Part shown: positions 60,797 to 64,000 of the stretch, piece after piece
Position numbering within the stretch: position 1 is the first letter of the stretch
Layout of the letters: each line of letters starts with the position of its first letter
NCBI GenBank assembly: GCA_028023455.1
Contig: JAQFVV010000008.1
Span: 8,742,001-8,806,000, forward strand
Source: Epiperipatus broadwayi
Taxonomy: Eukaryota > Animalia > Onychophora
Direction: 5' to 3'
DNA: 64,000 bases
Notes under the pieces: generated by a model
What the model was told of the DNA's origin: nothing
Databases searched by the model: none
What the model saw: the letters and a program-made list of their open reading frames with translations, nothing else
Made by a program: the position numbers and the translations under genes

Positions 60797-62695
60797 GGTA
60801 ATAGTATGAGAACTGAACCCTACCGTCTGATGGCGCTGTTTTTCACAAAATACACATCAATATATCGTTTTAACGGCCTTAACTTATGGCTGACAGTACA
60901 AGAGGTGTTTTTTGAGCCTAACAGGCCATCTGAGGGCGATGTATTCTACGATTACATAATGAAATACAACGCCCATTGCATTGCGACAATATTCGTCAAG
61001 TGAGCGCTCTTGAACTCTCACTATGGTCTGATTTGATGGTGGCCATATTTGAAAGAGACGAACCTGCAAAAATTCATTGTCAGAAATTTTTTAGTGGAAT
61101 TAGTATTCCATATTAAGAATTGTCATGTCATCACACATGCTTTCCTACACTTTGGAACTGCACACAACTTGAAAAAATTCTTTTCAGCAGAGTTTTTTCC
61201 GATTTTGTGCGCAAACGCCTGTTTACACATGAATCCATGCAAGAACTGTCAAATGTCATCTGCAAGTTGTCCAAATTGGTCGAAGCTGAGTGAATTGCCG
61301 GCTGGTCACCCAAATGGATGCACAATATTGTGTTTTCCCAGAAAGAGAAACTTCTGCAAGCATACCTATGTAGGTCTGCGTAAGGGAAGTTGTTGGTTCG
61401 AAGGCTCCAAAATCCTGTTACTTATAGCTTTGAGGCTTCCCTGTTAGTTTATTTGCGTGTTATTTTTGGCTGCTATTTTTTATGCCTCCGTAAATGGTGG
61501 TGTTTTTTTTTTTACTTGTTTTGCTTCACAACTTGTCCAAAGTTTCGTGTCTTTTTGATTCAATAAATTATTTTATGGGGAAACTTGTTGTTTTTGTTGT
61601 TCACATGATTATAAAGTAAGTAGGTAATATTTGATAAGTTTTATTAACAGTTAAAGTAGGTAATATTTTATTATACCAAAAAAAAAAAAAAAAAGAAGTG
61701 TTTAAGAGTTTATTCAAAAGGCCCCACCAAAAAAAATAAATAAAATAATAATAAAGAATTGTGCAGAAACATAATAAAATGTTAAAAAAGAAAATCCAAA
61801 AAGAAGTCGATAATTAAAAATCAAAACAAACCTTCCCCGCCTCCCCTGGCTTAAAAAAAAAAAGTGTTCTTTAAAAACAAACTGTTTACGTCTTTTTTTT
61901 TAAATTAAAGACCCAAAAAATTAAGGTAGAACTTTTCGCTATCATATAAAGCTTTCTGTAGTGTAAAGATTTAAAACAAAAAAAAAAAAAAGCCTCATAA
62001 TAAATTAACAAAAAAAAGACGACAATTCAAAATCAAAACAATCCCTCTTCCCTCCACCCTCTAAAAAACCAAGTATTGGTTTATTCAAAAGTACCGAATT
62101 GTTGAAGTCTTTCAGCAAATCAAAACATCAACGAAAAAAAAAAAAAAGTTAAAAGCAAACAACCAACCCCCTCCACCATCCAACAACAAAGTGTTTGTTA
62201 CTGTATTTTTGTGTAAATAAACTGATGGAGCATTAATGGATAATTTAAAAGCAAACCAACACCCCTACACCATCTAAAAACAAAGTGTTTGTTTCTTGAA
62301 ACGAACCAAAAAAAAAAAACCGGTGTGAAAAAAAAATTTGGTTTACCGTAAGTAATATTATGTAAAGAAACCTACGGACAGTTAGTTGTTAATTTACAAA
62401 CAAACCAACGCCCCTAAACCATCTAAAAACAAAGTATTTGTTTAGTAAAAACAAAAAAAAACTGGGTGGAATAAAAAAAACACTTTGGTGGTTTACCATC
62501 GCCGGCGAAAAAAAATTAAATACTGGTCAAAAAAAAAAAAATCTTTCACCGTAATATTATGTAATTAAAAAAAACTTTGGTGGTTTTACCATTGCCGACA
62601 GAAAAATAATAAAAACCGGTTGGAAAAAAATCTTTTACCGTAATATGTAAACAAACAGGTGGCCCATGAATTGGGCGAAAAAGAGCGCCATCAGA
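60797..62695 (+). mobile_element. Merlin element C with an N-terminal transposase relic; outer part of the right TIR missing
   Basis: Left end ggtaatagt...ccgtctgatggcgctgtttttcac; right inner TIR gaaaaagagcgccatcaga (62677-62695). ORF 61049-61447 contains 'SCPN...GHPNGC...CKHTYVGLRKGSCWFEGSKI', like Merlin 'CPxC...DG...C...SIRKGSWFE.SKL'. A-tract repeats fill ~61650-62650. Confidence 0.72.
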
Positions 62696-64000
62696 AACTT
62701 TAAATCTAATAAAACTTGCTAAAAGTTTTTCTTTTGTGAGAGAAAATCGGAAGACAAAGGAAACTATAAAATCTTAGTGTTCTGGACTAATAAGATCACG
62801 CAGGATATGGTTTACAAATGCAGAACTTTTGGAGGAATGATGGCAAACAATGCTAGAAGACAAAAAAAATCATTTAGAAAAATAAAAAAGATATATACCC
62901 AAATCAGAATAAAGGAGAGTCTTCTGATTCTTATTTTTATGGTGATTAGAATTTTATGCCGATACTGCAAGTAAAATATATATATGCCGGCTGACATGAA
63001 TATGTTGGGGTGAAACCATAAACATGCTGGGTTTTCATTTCCAATGTTCCACGAAAAAAATCAATGCTGTTCCATGATCCTGTAATTGTTCGAACTCCAG
63101 GAATCTGCATCCATACACCTTCGCCACGTCAACATTGTGATTCACTATTGTTCCATCAGAAGTTAAAAACAAAGATTTTCTTTATAGACAATGTTTATAG
63201 CCCCACATTATTAAGAAAGCTTACTTTATTCATGAATACAGACAATCTAATCTTTCTGGGAATCCAAAGATAATAATATATTTTATTTCAAATGTATATG
63301 TGTGCACATTATTAATTTCATAGTATAGCATGTAACTATTTCTATTAAATGTGATAGATAATTGAAAATAAAATATTTAATCTGTGAAATCAATAAGAAT
63401 TTAATATGTCAAAATATATATTTATGCTTATCTTTCCATTAAATGATTGAGCACTATCATTTTTTTTATTTCCGTTTTTTCTTAGTTATTCATTTAATTA
63501 AAATGTTTATATGTTTTCTTAGTAAACCATTTAAGGTGTATTGCCCCCATAGTAACACATCTCTGTCAGTCTCATGACTACCTACCCTAAATGAGCTAGC
63601 TAGTGATCGAGCATTAAGTAATACATTATTATCATTCTCATTAAATCTCTTCAATATAATTCTTATGCAAGCATAGGATTGGGACATGGAGTCAGAAAAT
63701 GCCAACATTCATAAATATATTGCTTGGGGAAATATTAATTAGTGTTAATAGAAACTAAGGTCAACTATTCCCATACCTATATAATTGTCTTCTATTTTGT
63801 CCTTTTTTATTGTTGGGAGATTGTTTTAAATAACTTGTCCCCAGGCTATTGCTGCTACACATCCATCTCAGCAAATCAAATGACAACAGAATTACGTGCA
63901 TGAAAGAAGATAAAGGCAATTTTGTTTTGATGAACTCTGTGGATTATAAAGACACAATATCCAATGTAAATTTGTAAATTGAAGTTTGAATTGACTACAG

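Noticed and set aside
63490-63708. 72-aa minus-strand ORF
   Set aside because: No recognisable motif; at most the decayed 3' end of a LINE ('HFLTPCP' in another frame), too weak to call.

Overview
Very AT-rich (roughly 70-75% by eye) eukaryotic DNA, probably intergenic or intronic sequence from a large arthropod genome; the taxon is an inference from composition and TE content. I found no intact host protein-coding gene, rRNA, CRISPR array or prokaryotic system. Most ORF-track entries are AT-rich chance ORFs or fragments/antisense shadows of dead transposons. The window is a layered TE graveyard. DNA transposons: two hAT/Buster MITEs with perfect 8-bp TSDs; a near full-length dead Buster/ZBED5-like hAT (57156-60036); a second hAT transposase relic; three copies of a pogo/Tigger deletion derivative; two piggyBac relics; three distinct Merlin-like elements, two with perfect 8-bp TSDs. 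Retroelements: a decayed RTE LINE (42490-45510) plus several weaker LINE relics; a ~10-kb Ty3/gypsy-type element with very long LTRs (46721-56668), gag but no RT/RNase H; a related gag relic on the minus strand; a tRNA-Gly-derived element. Best leads: (i) three foldback palindromes, one with a clear and two with degenerate Penelope-type hammerhead cores next to the symmetry centre; (ii) the giant-LTR, pol-less, possibly chimeric LTR element; (iii) the Merlin trio with shared TIR architecture and A-tract arrays. All homology calls come from motif recognition by eye, without database searches.
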